DNA of 64,000 bases from contig OZ024743.1 of NCBI GenBank assembly GCA_964016885.1, positions 235,538,001 to 235,602,000 of the forward strand. The letters run 5' to 3'. Positions 37,301 to 54,956 of this stretch are shown here, piece after piece; position 1 is the first letter of the stretch; every line of letters begins with the position of its first letter. This DNA is from Eledone cirrhosa. Its lineage: Eukaryota. The position numbers were made by a program, and so were the translations under genes. The notes under the pieces are model-generated. The model searched no databases. It was not told the DNA's origin and saw only the letters and a list, made by a program, of their open reading frames with translations.

Positions 37301-40300
37301 TACCCCCCACACTCAATAGATATCATAGAACATTACCCCCACACTCAATAGATATCATAGAACATTACCCCCACACTCAATAGATATCATAGAATATTAC
37401 CCTACACAGTCAATAGATATCATAGAATATTACCCCCACACTCAATAGATATCATAGAATATTACCCCCACACTCAATAGATATCATAGAATATTACCCC
37501 CACACTCAATAGATATCATAGAATATTACCCCCACACTCAATAGATATGATAGAATATTACCCCTACACTCAATAGATACTGTAGAATATTAACCCCCAC
37601 ACTCAATAGATATCATAGAACATTACCCCCACACTCAATAGATATCATAGAATATTACCCCACACAGTCAATAGATATCATAGAATATTACCCCCACACT
37701 CAATAGATATCATAGAATATTACCCCCACACTCAATAGATATCATAGAATATTACCCTCCACACTCAATAGATATTATAGAATATTACCCCCACACTCAA
37801 TAGATATTATAGAATATGACCCCCACACTCAATAGATATCATAGAATATTACCCCCACACTCAATAGATATCATAGAATATTACCCCCACACTCATTAGA
37901 TATTATAGAATATTACCCGCACACTCAATAGATATCATAGAATATTACCCCCACACTCAATAGATATCATAGAATATTACCCCAACACTCATTAGATATT
38001 ATAGAATATTACCCCCACACTCAATAGATATCATAGAATATTACCCCCACACTCATTAGATATTATAGAATATTACCCTCACACTCAATAGATATCATAG
38101 AATATTACCCCCACACTCAATAGATATTATAGAATATTACCCCCACACTCAATAGATATTATAAAATATTACCCCCACACTCAATAGATATTATAGAATA
38201 TTACCCCCACACTCAATAGATATAATAGAATATTACCCCCACACTCAATAGATATCATAGAATATTACCCTCCACACTCAATAGATATCATAGAATATTA
38301 CCCCCACACTAAATAGATATTATAGAATATTACCCCCACACTCAATAGATATCATAGAATATTACCACCACACTCAATAGATATCATAGAATATTACCCC
38401 CACACTCAATAGATATCATAGAATATTACCCCCACACTCATTAGATATTATAGAATATTACCCCCACACTCAATAGATATCATAGAATATTACCCCCACA
38501 CTCAATAGATATTATAGAATATTACCCCCACACTCAATAGATATCATAGAATATTACCCTCCACACTCAATAGATATCATAGAATATTACCCCCACACTC
38601 ATTAGATATTATAGAATATTACCCCCACACTCAATAGATATCATAGAATATTAACCCCGCACTCAATAGATATTATAGAATATTACCCCCACACTCAATA
38701 GATATCATAGAATATTACCCCCACACTCAATAGATATCATAGAATATTACCCTCCACACTCAATAGCTATTATAGAATATTACCCCCACACTCAATAGAT
38801 ATTATAGAATATTACCCCCACACTCAATAGATATCATAGAATATTACCCCCACACTCATTAGATATTATAGAATATTACCCCCACATTCAATAGATATTA
38901 TAGAATATTTCCCCCACACTCAATAGATATTATAGAATATTACCTCCACACTCAATAGATATCATAGAATATTACCCCCACAGTCATTAGATATTGTAGG
39001 ATATTACCCCCACACTCAATAGATATCATAGAATATTACCCCCACACTCAATAGATATCATAGAATATTACCCCCACACTCAATAGATACCGTAGAATAT
39101 TACCCCCAAACTCAATAGATATCGTAGAATAACACCCCCACACTCAATAGATACTGTAGAATATTACCCTCACACTCAATAGATATCATAGAATATTACC
39201 CTTACACTCAATAGATACTGTAGAATATTACCCCCACACTCAATAGATATCATAGAATATTACCCTACACAGTCAATAGATATCATAGAATATTACCCCC
39301 ACACTCAATAGATATCATAGAATATTACCCCCACACTCAATAGATATCATAGAATATTACCCCCACACTCAATAGATATCATAGAATATTACCCCCACAC
39401 TCAATAGATATGATAGAATATTACCCCTACACTCAATAGATACTGTAGAATATTAACCCCCACACTCAATAGATATCATAGAACATTACCCCCACACTCA
39501 ATAGATATCATAGAATATTACCCCACACAGTCAATAGATATCATAGAATATTACCCCCACACTCAATAGATATCATAGAATATTACCCCCACACTCAATA
39601 GATATCATAGAATATTACCCTCCACACTCAATAGATATTATAGAATATTACCCCCACACTCAATAGATATTATAGAATATGACCCCCACACTCAATAGAT
39701 ATCATAGAATATTACCCCCACACTCAATAGATATCATAGAATATTACCCCCACACTCATTAGATATTATAGAATATTACCCCACACTCAATAGATATCAT
39801 AGAATATTACCCCCACACTCAATAGATATCATAGAATATTACCCCAACACTCATTAGATATTATAGAATATTACCCCCACACTCAATAGATATCATAGAA
39901 TATTACCCCCACACTCATTAGATATTATAGAATATTACCCTCACACTCAATAGATATCATAGAATATTACCCTCCACACTCAATAGATATCATAGAATAT
40001 TACCCCCACACTAAATAGATATTATAGAATATTACCCCCACACTCAATAGATATCATAGAATATTACCCCCACACTCAATAGATATCATAGAATATTACC
40101 CCCACACTCATTAGATATTATAGAATATTACCCCCACACTCAATAGATATCATAGAATATTACCCCCACACTCAATAGATATTATAGAATATTACCCCCA
40201 CACTCAATAGATATCATAGAATATTACCCTCCACACTCAATAGATATCATAGAATATTACCCCCACACTCATTAGATATTATAGAATATTACCCCCACAC

Positions 40301-43300
40301 TCAATAGATATCATAGAATATTAACCCCGCACTCAATAGATATTATAGAATATTACCCCCACACTCAATAGATATCATAGAATATTACCCCCACACTCAA
40401 TAGATATCATAGAATATTACCCTCCACACTCAATAGCTATTATAGAATATTACCCCCACACTCAATAGATATTATAGAATATTACCCCCACACTCAATAG
40501 ATATCATAGAATATTACCCCCACACTCATTAGATATTATAGAATATTACCCCCACATTCAATAGATATTATAGAATATTTCCCCCACACTCAATAGATAT
40601 TATAGAATATTACCTCCACACTCAATAGATATCATAGAATATTACCCCCACAGTCATTAGATATTGTAGGATATTACCCCCACACTCAATAGATATCATA
40701 GAATATTACCCCCACACTCAATAGATATCATAGAATATTACCCCCACACTCAATAGATACCGTAGAATATTACCCCCAAACTCAATAGATATCGTAGAAT
40801 AACACCCCCACACTCAATAGATACTGTAGAATATTACCCTCACACTCAATAGATATCATAGAATATTACCCTTACACTCAATAGATACTGTAGAATATTA
40901 CCCCCACACTCAATAGATATCATAGAACATTACCCCCACACTCAATAGATATCATAGAATATAACCCCCACACTCAATAGATACTGTAGAATATTACCCC
41001 CACACTCAATAGATATCATAGAACATTACCCCCACACTCAATAGATATCATAGAATATTACCCCAACACTCAATAGATATCATAGAATATTACCCCCACA
41101 CTCAATAGATACTGTAGAATATTAGCCCCACACTCAATAGATATCATAGAACATTACCCCCACACTCAATAGATATCATAGAATATTACCCCCACACTCA
41201 ATAGATATCATAGAATATTACCCCACACAGACAATAGATATCATAGAATATTACCCTTACACTCAATAGATACTGTAGAATATTACCCCCACACTAAATA
41301 GATATCATAGAACATTACCCCACACTCAATAGATATCATCGAATATTACCCCCACACTCAATAGATATCATAGGATATTACCCCCACACTCAATAGATAT
41401 CATAGAATATTACCCCACACAGTCAATAGATATCATAGAATACTCAATAGATATCATAGAATATTACCCCCACACTCAATAGATATCATAGAACATTACC
41501 CCCACACTCAATAGATATCATAGAATATTACCCCAACACTCAATAGATATCATAGAATATTACCCCCACACTCAATAGATATCATAGAATATTACCCCCA
41601 CACTCAATAGATACCGTAGAATATTACCCCCACACTCAATAGATATCATAGAATATTACCCCCACACTCAATAGATATCATAGAATATTACCCCAACACT
41701 CAATAGATATCATAGAATATTACCCCCACACTCAATAGATATCATAGAATATTACCCCTACACTCAATAGATATCATAGAACATTACCCCCACACTCAAT
41801 AGATATCATAGAATATTACCCCCACACTCAATAGATATCATAGAACATTACCCCCACACTCAATAGATATCATAGAATATTACCCCAACACTCAATAGAT
41901 ATCATAGAATATTACCCCACACAGTCAATAGATATCATAGAATATTACCCCCACACTCAATAGATATCATAGAATATTACCCCCACACTCAATAGATATC
42001 ATAGAATATTACCCCCACACTCAATAGATATCATAGAATATTACCCCTACACTCAATAGATATAATAGAATATTACCCTCACACTCAATAGATATTGTAG
42101 AATATTACCCCCACACTCAATAGATATTATAGAATATTACCCCCACACTCAATAGATTTTATAGAATATTACCCCCACACTCAATAGATATCATAGAATA
42201 TTACCCTCACACTCAATAGATATTGTAGAATATTACCCCCACACTCAATAGATATTATAGAATATTACCCCCACACTTAATAGATATTATAGAATATTAC
42301 CCCCACACTCAATAGATATCATAGAATATTACCCCTACACTCAATAGATACTGTAGAATATTACACTCCACACTCAATAGATATTATAGAATATTACCCC
42401 CACACTCAATAGATATTATAGAATATTACCCCCACACTCAATAGATATCATAGAATATTACCCCCCACACTCAATAGATATCATAGAATATTACCCCCAC
42501 ACTCAATAGATATTATAGAATATTACCCCCACACTCAATAGATACCGTAGAATATTACCCCTACACTCAATAGATACTGTAGAATATTACCCCCACACTC
42601 AATAGATACTGTAGAATATTACCCCCACACTCAATAGATATTATAGAATATTACCCCCACACTCAATAGATATCATAGAATATTACCCCCCACACTCAAT
42701 AGATATCATAGAATATGACCCCCACACTCAATAGATATTATAGAATATTACCCCCACACTCAATAGATACCGTAGAATATTACCCCTACACTCAATAGAT
42801 ACTGTAGAATATTACCCCCACACTCAATAGATACTGTAGAATATTACCCTCCACACTCAATAGATATTATAGAATATTACCCCCACACTCAATAGATATC
42901 AGAATATTACCCTCACACTTAATAGATGTCATAGAATATTACCCCCACACTCAATAGATATTATAGAATATTACCCCCACACTCAATAGATATCATAGAA
43001 TATTACCCTCACACTCAATAGATATCATAAAACACTACCCCCACACTCAATAGATATTATAGAATATTACCCCCACACTTAATAGATATTATAGAATATT
43101 ACCCCCACACTCAATAGATATCATAGAATATTACCCCCACACTCAATAGATATCATAGAATATTACCCCTACACTCAATAGATACTGTAGAATATTACCC
43201 CCCACACTCAATAGATATCATAGAACATTACCCGCACACTCAATAGATATCATAGAACATTACCCCACACTCAATAGATATCATAGAATATTACCCCCAC

Positions 43301-46300
43301 ACTCAATAGATATCATAGAACATTACCCCCACACTCAATAGATATCATAGAATATTACCCCAACACTCAATAGATATCATAGAATATTACCCCACACAGT
43401 CAATAGATATCACAGAATATTACCCCCACACTCAATAGATATCATAGAATATTACCCCCACACTCAATAGATATTATAGAATATTACCCCCACACTCAAT
43501 AGATATCATAGAATATTACCCCCACACTCAATAGATATCATAGAACATTACCCCCACACTCAATAGATATCATAGAATATTACCCCCACACTCAATAGAT
43601 ATCATAGAATATTACCCCCACACTCAATAGATATTATAGAATATTACCCCCACACTCAATAGATATCATAGAACATTACCCCCACACTCAATAGATATCA
43701 TAGAATATTACCCCCACACTCAATAGATATCATAGAATATTACCCCACACAGTCAATAGATATCATAGAATATTACCCCCACACTCAATAGATATCATAG
43801 AATATTACCCCCACACTCAATAGATATCATAGAATATTACCCCCACTCTCAATAGATATTATAGAATATTACCCCCACACTCAATAGATATTATAGAATA
43901 TTACCCCCACACTCAATAGATATTATAGAATATTACCCCCACACTCAATAGATATCATAGAATATTACCCTCACACTCAATAGATATTATAGAATATTAC
44001 CCCCACACTTAATAGATATTATAGAATATTACCCCCACACTCAATAGATATCATAGAATATTACCCCTACACTCAATAGATAATGTAGAATATTACCCCC
44101 ACACTCAATAGATATTATAGAATATTACCCCCACACTCAATAGATATTATAGAATATTACCCCCACACTCAATAGATATCATAGAATATTACCCCCCACA
44201 CTCAATAGATATCATAGAATATTACCCCCACACTCAATAGATACCGTAGAATATTACCCCTACACTCAATAGATACTGTAGAATATTACCCCCACACTCA
44301 ATAGATACTGTAGAATATTACCCTCCACACTCAATAGATATTATAGAATATTACCCCCACACTCAATAGATATCAGAATATTACCCTCACACTCAATAGA
44401 TATCATAGAATATTACCCCCACACTCAATAGATATTATAGAATATTACCCCCACACTCAATAGATATCATAGAATATTACCCTCACACTCAATAGATATC
44501 ATAGAATATTACCCCCACACTCAATAGATAATATAGAATATTACCCCCACACTTAATAGATATTATAGAATATTACCCCCACACTCAATAGATATCATAG
44601 AATATTACCCCCACACTCAATAGATATGATAGAATATTACCCCTACACTCAATAGATACTGTAGAATATTACCCCCCACACTCAATAGATATCATAGAAC
44701 ATTACCCCCACACTCAATAGATATCATAGAACATTACCCCCACACTCAATAGATATCATAGAATATTACCCCACACAGTCAATAGATATCATAGAATATT
44801 ACCCCCACACTCAATAGATATCATAGAATATTACCCCCACACTCAATAGATATCATAGAATATTACCCCCACACTCAATAGATATCATAGAATATTACCC
44901 CCACACTCAATAGATATGATAGAATATTACCCCTACACTCAATAGATACTGTAGAATATTACCCCCCACACTCAATAGATATCATAGAACATTACCCCCA
45001 CACTCAATAGATATCATAGAATATTACCCCACACAGTCAATAGATATCATAGAATATTACCCCCACACTCAATAGATATCATAGAATATTACCCCCACAC
45101 TCAATAGATATCATAGAATATTACCCCCAGACTCAATAGATATTATAGAATATTACCCCCACACTCAATAGATATCATAGAACATTACCCCCACACTCAA
45201 TAGATATCATAGAATATTACCTCCACACTCAATAGATATCATAGAATATTACCCCACACAGTCAATAGATATCATAGAATATTACCCCCACACAGTCAAT
45301 AGATATCATAGAATATTACCCCCACACTCAATAGATATCATAGAATATTACCCCCACACTCAATAGATATTATAGAATATTACCCCCACACTCAATAGAT
45401 ATCATAGAATATTACCCCCACACTCAATAGATATCATAGAACATTACCCCCACACTCAATAGATATCATAGAATATTACCCCCACACTCAATAGATATCA
45501 TAGAATATTACCCCCACACTCAATAGATATTATAGAATATTACCCCCACCCTCAATAGATATCATAGAACATTACCCCCACACTCAATAGATATCATAGA
45601 ATATTACCCCCACACTCAATAGATGTCATAGAATATTACCCCACACAGTCAATAGATATCATAGAATATTACCCCCACACTCAATAGATATCATAGAATA
45701 TTACCCCCACACTCAATAGATATCATAGAATATTACCCCCACTCTCAATAGATATTATAGAATATTAACCCCACACTCAATAGATATTATAGAATATTAC
45801 CCCCACACTCAATAGATATTATAGAATATTACCCCCACACTTAATAGATATATTTCTTTTATTTGCCACTAGGGCATCAAAAGTGGGACAAGTACAAAGG
45901 GGGGAGTTTACACAAAAAGGCTACCCCCACACTCAATAGATATCATAGAATATTACCCCTACACTCAATAGATACTGTAGAATATTACCCCCACACTCAA
46001 TAGATATTATAGAATATTACCCTCACACTCAATAGATATTATAGAATATTACCCCCACGCTCAATAGATATCATAGAATATTACCCCCCACACTCAATAG
46101 ATATCATAGAATATTACCCCACACAGTCAATAGATATCATAGAATATTACCCCCACACTCAATAGATATCATAGAATATTACCCCCACACTCAATAGATA
46201 TTATAGAATATTACCCCCACACTCAATAGATATCATAGAACATTACCCCCACACTCAATAGATATCATAGAACATTACCCCCACACTCAATAGATATCAT

Positions 46301-49300
46301 AGAATATTACCCCCACACTCAATAGATATCATAGAATATTACCCCCACACTCAATAGATATTATAGAATATTACCCCCACACTCAATAGATATCATAGAA
46401 CATTACCCCCACACTCAATAGATATCATAGAATATTACCCCCACACTCAATAGATATCATAGAATATTACCCCACACAGTCAATAGATATCATAGAATAT
46501 TACCCCCACACTCAATAGATATCATAGAATATTACCCCCACACTCAATAGATATCATAGAATATTACCCCCACTCTCAATAGATATTATAGAATATTACC
46601 CCCACACTCAATAGATATCATAGAATATTACCCCTACACTCAATAGATAATGTAGAATATTACCCCCACACTCAATAGATATTATAGAATATTACCCCCA
46701 CACTCAATAGATATTATAGAATATTACCCCCACACTCAATAGATATCATAGAATATTACCCCCCACACTCAATAGATATCATAGAATATTACCCCCACAC
46801 TCAATAGTTACCGTAGAATATTACCCCTACACTCAATAGATACTGTAGAATATTACCCCCACACTCAATAGATACTGTAGAATATTACCCTCCACACTCA
46901 ATAGATATTATAGAATATTACCCCCATACTCAATAGATATCAGAATATTACCCTCACACTCAATAGATATCATAGAATATTACCCCCACACTCAATAGAT
47001 ATTATAGAATATTACCCCCACACTCAATAGATATCATAGAATATTACCCTCACACTCAATAGATATCATAGAATATTACCCCCACACTCAATAGATAATA
47101 TAGAATATTACCCCCACACTTAATAGATATTATAGAATATTACCCCCACACTCAATAGATATCATAGAATATTACCCCCACACTCAATAGATATGATAGA
47201 ATATTACCCCTACACTCAATAGATACTGTAGAATATTACCCCCCACACTCAATAGATATCATAGAATATTACCCCACACAGTCAATAGATATCATAGAAC
47301 ATTACCCCCACACTCAATAGATATCATAGAATATTACCCCCACACTCAATAGATATCATAGAATATTACCCCCAGACTCAATAGATATTATAGAATATTA
47401 CCCCCACACTCAATAGATATCATAGAACATTACCCCCACACTCAATAGATATCATAGAATATTACCCCCACACTCAATAGATATCATAGAATATTACCCC
47501 CACACTCAATAGATATCATAGAACATTACCCCCACACTCAATAGATATCATAGAATATTACCCCCACACTCAATAGATATCATAGAATATTACCCCCACA
47601 CTCAATAGATATTATAGAATATTACCCCCACACTCAATAGATATCATAGAACATTACCCCCACACTCAATAGATATCATAGAATATTACCCCCACACTCA
47701 ATAGATGTCATAGAATATTACCCCACACAGTCAATAGATATCATAGAATATTACCCCCACACTCAATAGATATCATAGAATATTACCCCCACACTCAATA
47801 GATATCATAGAATATTACCCCCACTCTCAATAGATATTATAGAATATTACCCCCACACTCAATAGATATTATAGAATATTACCCCCACACTCAATAGATA
47901 TTATAGAATATTACCCCCACACTCAATAGATATCATAGAATATTACCCTCACACTTAATAGATATTATAGAATATTACCACCACACTTAATAGATATTAT
48001 AGAATATTACCACCACACTCAATAGATATCATAGAATATTACCCCTACACTCAATAGATACTGTAGAATATTACCCCCACACTCAATAGATATTATAGAA
48101 TATTACCCCCACACTCAATAGATATTATAGAATATTACCCCCACGCTCAATAGATATCATAGAATATTACCCCCCACACTCAATAGATATCATAGAATAT
48201 TACCCCCACACTCAATAGATACCGTAGAATATTACCCCTACACTCAATAGATACTGTAGAATATTACCCCCACACTCAATAGATACTGTAGAATATTACC
48301 CTCCACACTCAATAGATATTATAGAATATTACCCCCACACTCAATAGATATCATAGAATATTACCCTCACACTCAATAGATATCATAGAATATTACCCCC
48401 ACACTCAATAGATAATATAGAATATTACCCCCACACTTAATAGATGTTATAGAATATTACCCCCACACTCAATAGATATCATAGAATATTACCCCCACAC
48501 TCAATAGATATGATAGAATATTACCCCTACACTCAATAGATACCGTAGAATATTACCCCTACACTCAATAGATACTGTAGAATATTACCCCCACACTCAA
48601 TAGATACTGTAGAATATTACCCTCCACACTCAATAGATATTATAGAATATTACCCCCACACTCAATAGATATCAGAATATTACCCTCACACTTAATAGAT
48701 GTCATAGAATATTACCCCCACACTCAATAGATATCATAGAATATTACCCCTACACTCAATAGATACTGTAGAATATTACCCCCCATACTCAATAGATATC
48801 ATAGAACATTACCCCCACACTCAATAGATATCATAGAACATTACCCCCACACTCAATAGATATCATAGAATATTACCCCCACACTCAATAGATATCATAG
48901 AACATTACCCCCACACTCAATAGATATCATAGAATATTACCCCAACACTCTATAGATATTACAGAATATTACCCCCACACTCAATAGATATCATAGAATA
49001 TTACCCCCACACTCAATAGATATCATAGAACATTACCCCCACACTCAATAGATATCATAGAATATTACCCCCACACTCAATAGATATCATAGAATATTAC
49101 CCCCAGACTCAATAGATATTATAGAATATTACCCCCACACTCAATAGATATCATAGAACATTACCCCCACACTCAATAGATATCATAGAATATTACCCCC
49201 ACACTCAATAGATATTATAGAATATTACCCCCACACTCAATAGATATCATAGAACATTACCCCCACACTCAATAGATATCATAGAATATTACCTCCACAC

Positions 49301-52300
49301 TCAATAGATATCATAGAATATTACCCCACACAGTCAATAGATATCATAGAATATTACCCCCACACTCAATAGATATCATAGAATATTACCCCCACACTCA
49401 ATAGATATTATAGAATATTACCCCCACACTAAATAGATATCATAGAACATTACCCCCACACTCAATAGATATCATAGAATATTACCCCCACACTCAATAG
49501 ATATCATAGAATATTACCCCCACTCTCTATAGATATTATAGAATATTACCCCCACACTCAATAGATATTATAGAATATTACCCCCACACTCAATAGATAT
49601 TATAGAATATTACCCCCACACTCAATAGATATCATAGAATATTACCCTCACACTCAATAGATACCGTAGAATATTACCCTCCACACTCAATAGATACTGC
49701 AGAATATTACCCCCACACTCAATAGATACTGTAGAATATTACCCTCCACACTCAATAGATATCATAGAACATTACCCCCACACTCAATAGATATCATAGA
49801 ACATTACCCCCACACTCAATAGATATCATAGAATATTACCCCCACACTCAATAGATATCATAGAACATTACCCCCACAGTCAATAGATATCATAGAACAT
49901 TACCCCCACACTCAATAGATATCATAGAATATTACCCCCACACTCAATAGATATTATAGAATATTACCCCCACACTCAATAGATATCATAGAACATTACC
50001 CCCACACTCAATAGATATCAGAATATTACCCCCACACTCAATAGATATCATAGAATATTACCCCACACAGTCAATAGATATCATAGAATATTACCCCCAC
50101 ACTCAATAGATATCATAGAATATTACCCCCACACTCAATAGATATTATAGAATATTACCCCCACACTAAATAGATATCATAGAACATTACCCCCACACTC
50201 AATAGATATCATAGAATATTACCCCCACACTCAATAGATATCATAGAATATTACCCCCACTCTCAATAGATATTATAGAATATTACCCCCACACTCAATA
50301 GATATTATAGAATATTACCCCCACACTCAATAGATATTATAGAATATTACCCCCACACTCAATAGATATCATAGAATATTACCCCCACACTCAATAGATA
50401 TCATAGAATATTACCCCCACACTCAATAGATATCATAGAATATTACCCCCACACTCAATAGATATTATAGAATATTACCCCCACACTCAATAGATATCAT
50501 AGAACATTACCCCCACACTCAATAGATATCATAGAATATTACCCCCACACTCAATAGATGTCATAGAATATTACCCCACACAGTCAATAGATATCATAGA
50601 ATATTACCCCCACACTCAATAGATATCATAGAATATTACCCCCACACTCAATAGATATCATAGAATATTACCCCCACTCTCAATAGATATTATAGAATAT
50701 TACCCCCACACTCAATAGAGATTATAGAATATTACCCCCACACTCAATAGATATTATAGAATATTACCCCCACACTCAATAGATATCATAGAATATTACC
50801 CTCACACTCAATAGATATTATAGAATATTACCCCCACACTTAATAGATATTATAGAATATTACCCCCACACTCAATAGATATCATAGAATATTACCCCTA
50901 CACTCAATAGATACTGTAGAATATTACCCCCACACTCAATAGATATTATAGAATATTACCCCCACACTCAATAGATATTATAGAATATTACCCCCACACT
51001 CAATAGATATCATAGAATATTACCCCCCACACTCAATAGATATCATAGAATATTACCCCCACACTCAATAGATACCGTAGAATATTACCCCTACACTCAA
51101 TAGATACTGTAGAATATTACCCCCACACTCAATAGATACTGTAGAATATTACCCTCCACACTCAATAGATATTATAGAATATTACCCCCACACTCAATAG
51201 ATATCATAGAATATTACCCTCACACTCAATAGATATCATAGAATATTACCCCCACACTCAATAGATAATATAGAATATTACCCCCACACTTAATAGATGT
51301 TATAGAATATTACCCCCACACTCAATAGATATCATAGAATATTACCCCCACACTCAATAGATATGATAGAATATTACCCCTACACTCAATAGATACTGTA
51401 GAATATTACCCCCCACACTCAATAGATATCATAGAACATTACCCCCACACTCAATAGATATCATAGAACATTACCCCCACACTCAATAGATATCATAGAA
51501 TATTACCCCCACACTCAATAGATATCATAGAATATTACCCCCACACTCAATAGATATCATAGAATATTACCCCAACACTCAATAGATATTATAGAATATT
51601 ACCCCCACACTCAATAGATATCATAGAATATTACCCCCACACTCAATAGATATCATAGAACATTACCCCCACACTCAATAGATATCATAGAATATTACCC
51701 CCACACTCAATAGATATCATAGAATATTACCCCCACTCTCAATAGATATTATAGAATATTACCCCCACACTCAATAGATATTATAGAATATTACCCCCAC
51801 ACTCAATAGATATTATAGAATATTACCCCCACACTCAATAGATATCATAGAATATTACCCTCACACTCAATAGATACCGTAGAATATTACCCTCCACACT
51901 CAATAGATACTGTAGAATATTACCCCCACACTCAATAGATATTATAGAATATTACCCCCACACTCAATAGATATTATAGAATATTACCCCCTCACTCAAT
52001 AGATATCATAGAATATTACCCCCCACACTCAATAGATATCATAGAATATTACCCCCACACTCAATAGATACCGTAGAATATTACCCCTACACTCAATAGA
52101 TACTGTAGAATATTACCCCCACACTCAATAGATATTATAGAATATTACCCCCACACTTAATAGATATTATAGAATATTACCCCCACACTCAATAGATATC
52201 ATAGAATATTACCCTCACACTCAATAGATATCATAGAATATTACCCCCACACTCAATAGATATTATAGAATATTACCCCCACACTTAATAGATATTATAG

Positions 52301-54150
52301 AATATTACCCCCACACTCAATAGATATCATAGAATATTACCCCCACACTCAATAGATATCATAGAATATTACCCCTACACTCAATAGATACTGTAGAATA
52401 TTACCCCCCACACTCAATAGATATCATAGAACATTACCCCCACACTCAATAGATATCATAGAACATTACCCCCACACTCAATAGATATCATAGAATATTA
52501 CCCCCACACTCAATAGATATCATAGAACATTACCCCCACACTCAATAGATATCATAGAATATTACCCCAACACTCAATAGATATCATAGAATATTACCCC
52601 ACACAGTCAATAGATATCATAGAATATTACCCCCACACTCAATAGATATCATAGAATATTACCCCCACACTCAATAGATATTATAGAATATTACCCCCAC
52701 ACTCAATAGATATCATAGAATATTACCCCCACACTCAATAGATATCATAGAACATTACCCCCACACTCAATAGATATCATAGAATATTACCCCCACACTC
52801 AATAGATATCATAGAATATTACCCCCAGACTCAATAGATATTATAGAATATTACCCCCACACTCAATAGATATCATAGAACATTACCCCCACACTCAATA
52901 GATATCATAGAATATTACCCCCACACTCAATAGATATCATAGAATATTACCCCACACAGTCAATAGATATCATAGAATATTACCCCCACACTCAATAGAT
53001 ATCATAGAATATTACCCCCACACTCAATAGATATTATAGAATATTGCCCCCACACTCAATAGATATCATAGAACATTACCCCCACACTCAATAGATACCA
53101 TAGAATATTACCCCCACACTCAATAGATATCATAGAATATTACCCCCCACACTCAATAGATATCATAGAATATTACCCCCACACTCAATAGATATCATAG
53201 AATATTACCCCCACACTCAATAGATATTATAGAATATTACCCCCACACTCAATAGATATTATAGAATATTACCCCCACACTCAATAGATATTATAGAATA
53301 TTACCCTCACACTCAATAGATATCATAGAATATTACCCTCACACTCAATAGATATTATAGAATATTACCCCCACACTTAATAGATATTATAGAATATTAC
53401 CCCCACACTCAATAGATATCATAGAATATTACCCCTACACTCAATAGATACTGTAGAATATTACGCCCACACTCAATAGATATTATAGAATATTACCCCC
53501 ACACTCAATAGATATTATAGAATATTACCCCCACACTCAATAGATATCATAGAATATTACCCCCCACACTCAATAGATATCATAGAATATTACCCCCACA
53601 CTCAATAGATACCGTAGAATATTACCCCTACACTCAATAGATACTGTAGAATATTACCCCCACACTCAATAGATACTGTAGAATATTACCCTCCACACTC
53701 AATAGATATTATAGAATATTACCCCCACACTCAATAGATATCAGAATATTACCCTCACACTCAATAGATATCATAGAATATTACCCCCACACTCAATAGA
53801 TATTATAGAATATTACCCCCACACTCAATAGATATCATAGAATATTACCCTCACACTCAATAGATATCATAGAATATTACCCCCACACTCAATAGATATT
53901 ATAGAATATTACCCCCACACTTAATAGATATTATAGAATATTACCCCCACATTCAATAGATATCATAGAATATTACCCCCACACTCAATAGATATCATAG
54001 AATATTACCCCTACACTCAATAGATACTGTAGAATATTACCCCCCACACTCAATAGATATCATAGAACATTACCCCCACACTCAATAGATATCATAGAAC
54101 ATTACCCCCACACTCAATAGATATCATAGAATATTACCCCCACACTCAAT
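31308..54150. repeat. 32-bp satellite (cactcaatagatatcatagaatattaccccca), ~700 copies
   Basis: Period 32 (atattacccc at 31381 and 31413); homogeneous, with recurring diagnostic variants. Confidence 0.98.
45852..45921 (-). mobile_element. ~70-bp LINE-like 3' end inserted in the satellite
   Basis: Minus strand ...gccctagtggcaaataaaagaaat resembles Tx1 3' ends gcccttgtggccaataaagaaat (10179) and gccctaatggccaataaacaaat (26783). Confidence 0.55.
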
Positions 54151-54449
54151 CACTGTCAAAACATTACTCTGAGACGCCATTACATTTCACAAGACACAAC
54201 ATCACCTTCAGTGAATTATAAATCACAATATTCATTCACTGTAAGAAATCGATATTATACTTTGATAACAATGTCTGGATAAAGATTGTGATTTGACGTC
54301 AGATTGGGAGAAAGTGACTCTAACAAGCAGATTACTCTAAATTTCCATATTACACCCTAATGCCCGACATATTGTCCTTCTTGGGTTTTCTGCCCTGCTA
54401 CAGATCTACGTCACAGATTCAATAAAATATCTCCCTCATATCGATAAGA

Positions 54450-54720
54450 ATTGATAACTGGTACGCTATCGGTTATGACGACGAATGTTCCATTTGATCC
54501 GATCAACAGAACAACCGGCTCGTGAAATTAAGGTGCAAGTGGCTGAGCATTCCACAGCCAGACGTACCCTTAACGTAGTTCTCAGGGAGATTCAGTGTGA
54601 CACAGAATGTGACAAGGCTGGCACCTATGAATTACAGGTACAACTCATTTTCGTCACTTGAGTGGACTGGAGCAACGTGAAATAAAGTGTCTTGTTCAAG
54701 GACATGTACATGGTGACCAG
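54450..54720 (-). mobile_element. SINE of a second family (partial)
   Basis: Minus strand contains tgtccttgaacaagacactttatttcacgttgctccagtccactc, a conserved SINE central-domain-like block recognised from memory; boundaries approximate. Confidence 0.55.
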
Positions 54721-54956
54721 TACTGATCTACTGGCATCTATAAAGATCACATATATAGTAAACACTTGACCCGTACTGATCATTATTGATCTGCTAGAAT
54801 CTATAAAGATCACTGCTAGCTAAGTAGACACTAGAGTGTGTCAGTATTTTAGTCGATGGTGTCGTATCTTGGTTACAAAAGACAACAAATATTGTGAAAG
54901 TAGCTTGGAGTTTAACTACGTTTTATGTCGTTACCTTGACCTTTAAGGGGAGGGGT

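Noticed and set aside
31308-54150. 32-bp repeat as a CRISPR array
   Set aside because: Units are contiguous with no unique spacers, no cas genes, eukaryotic context.
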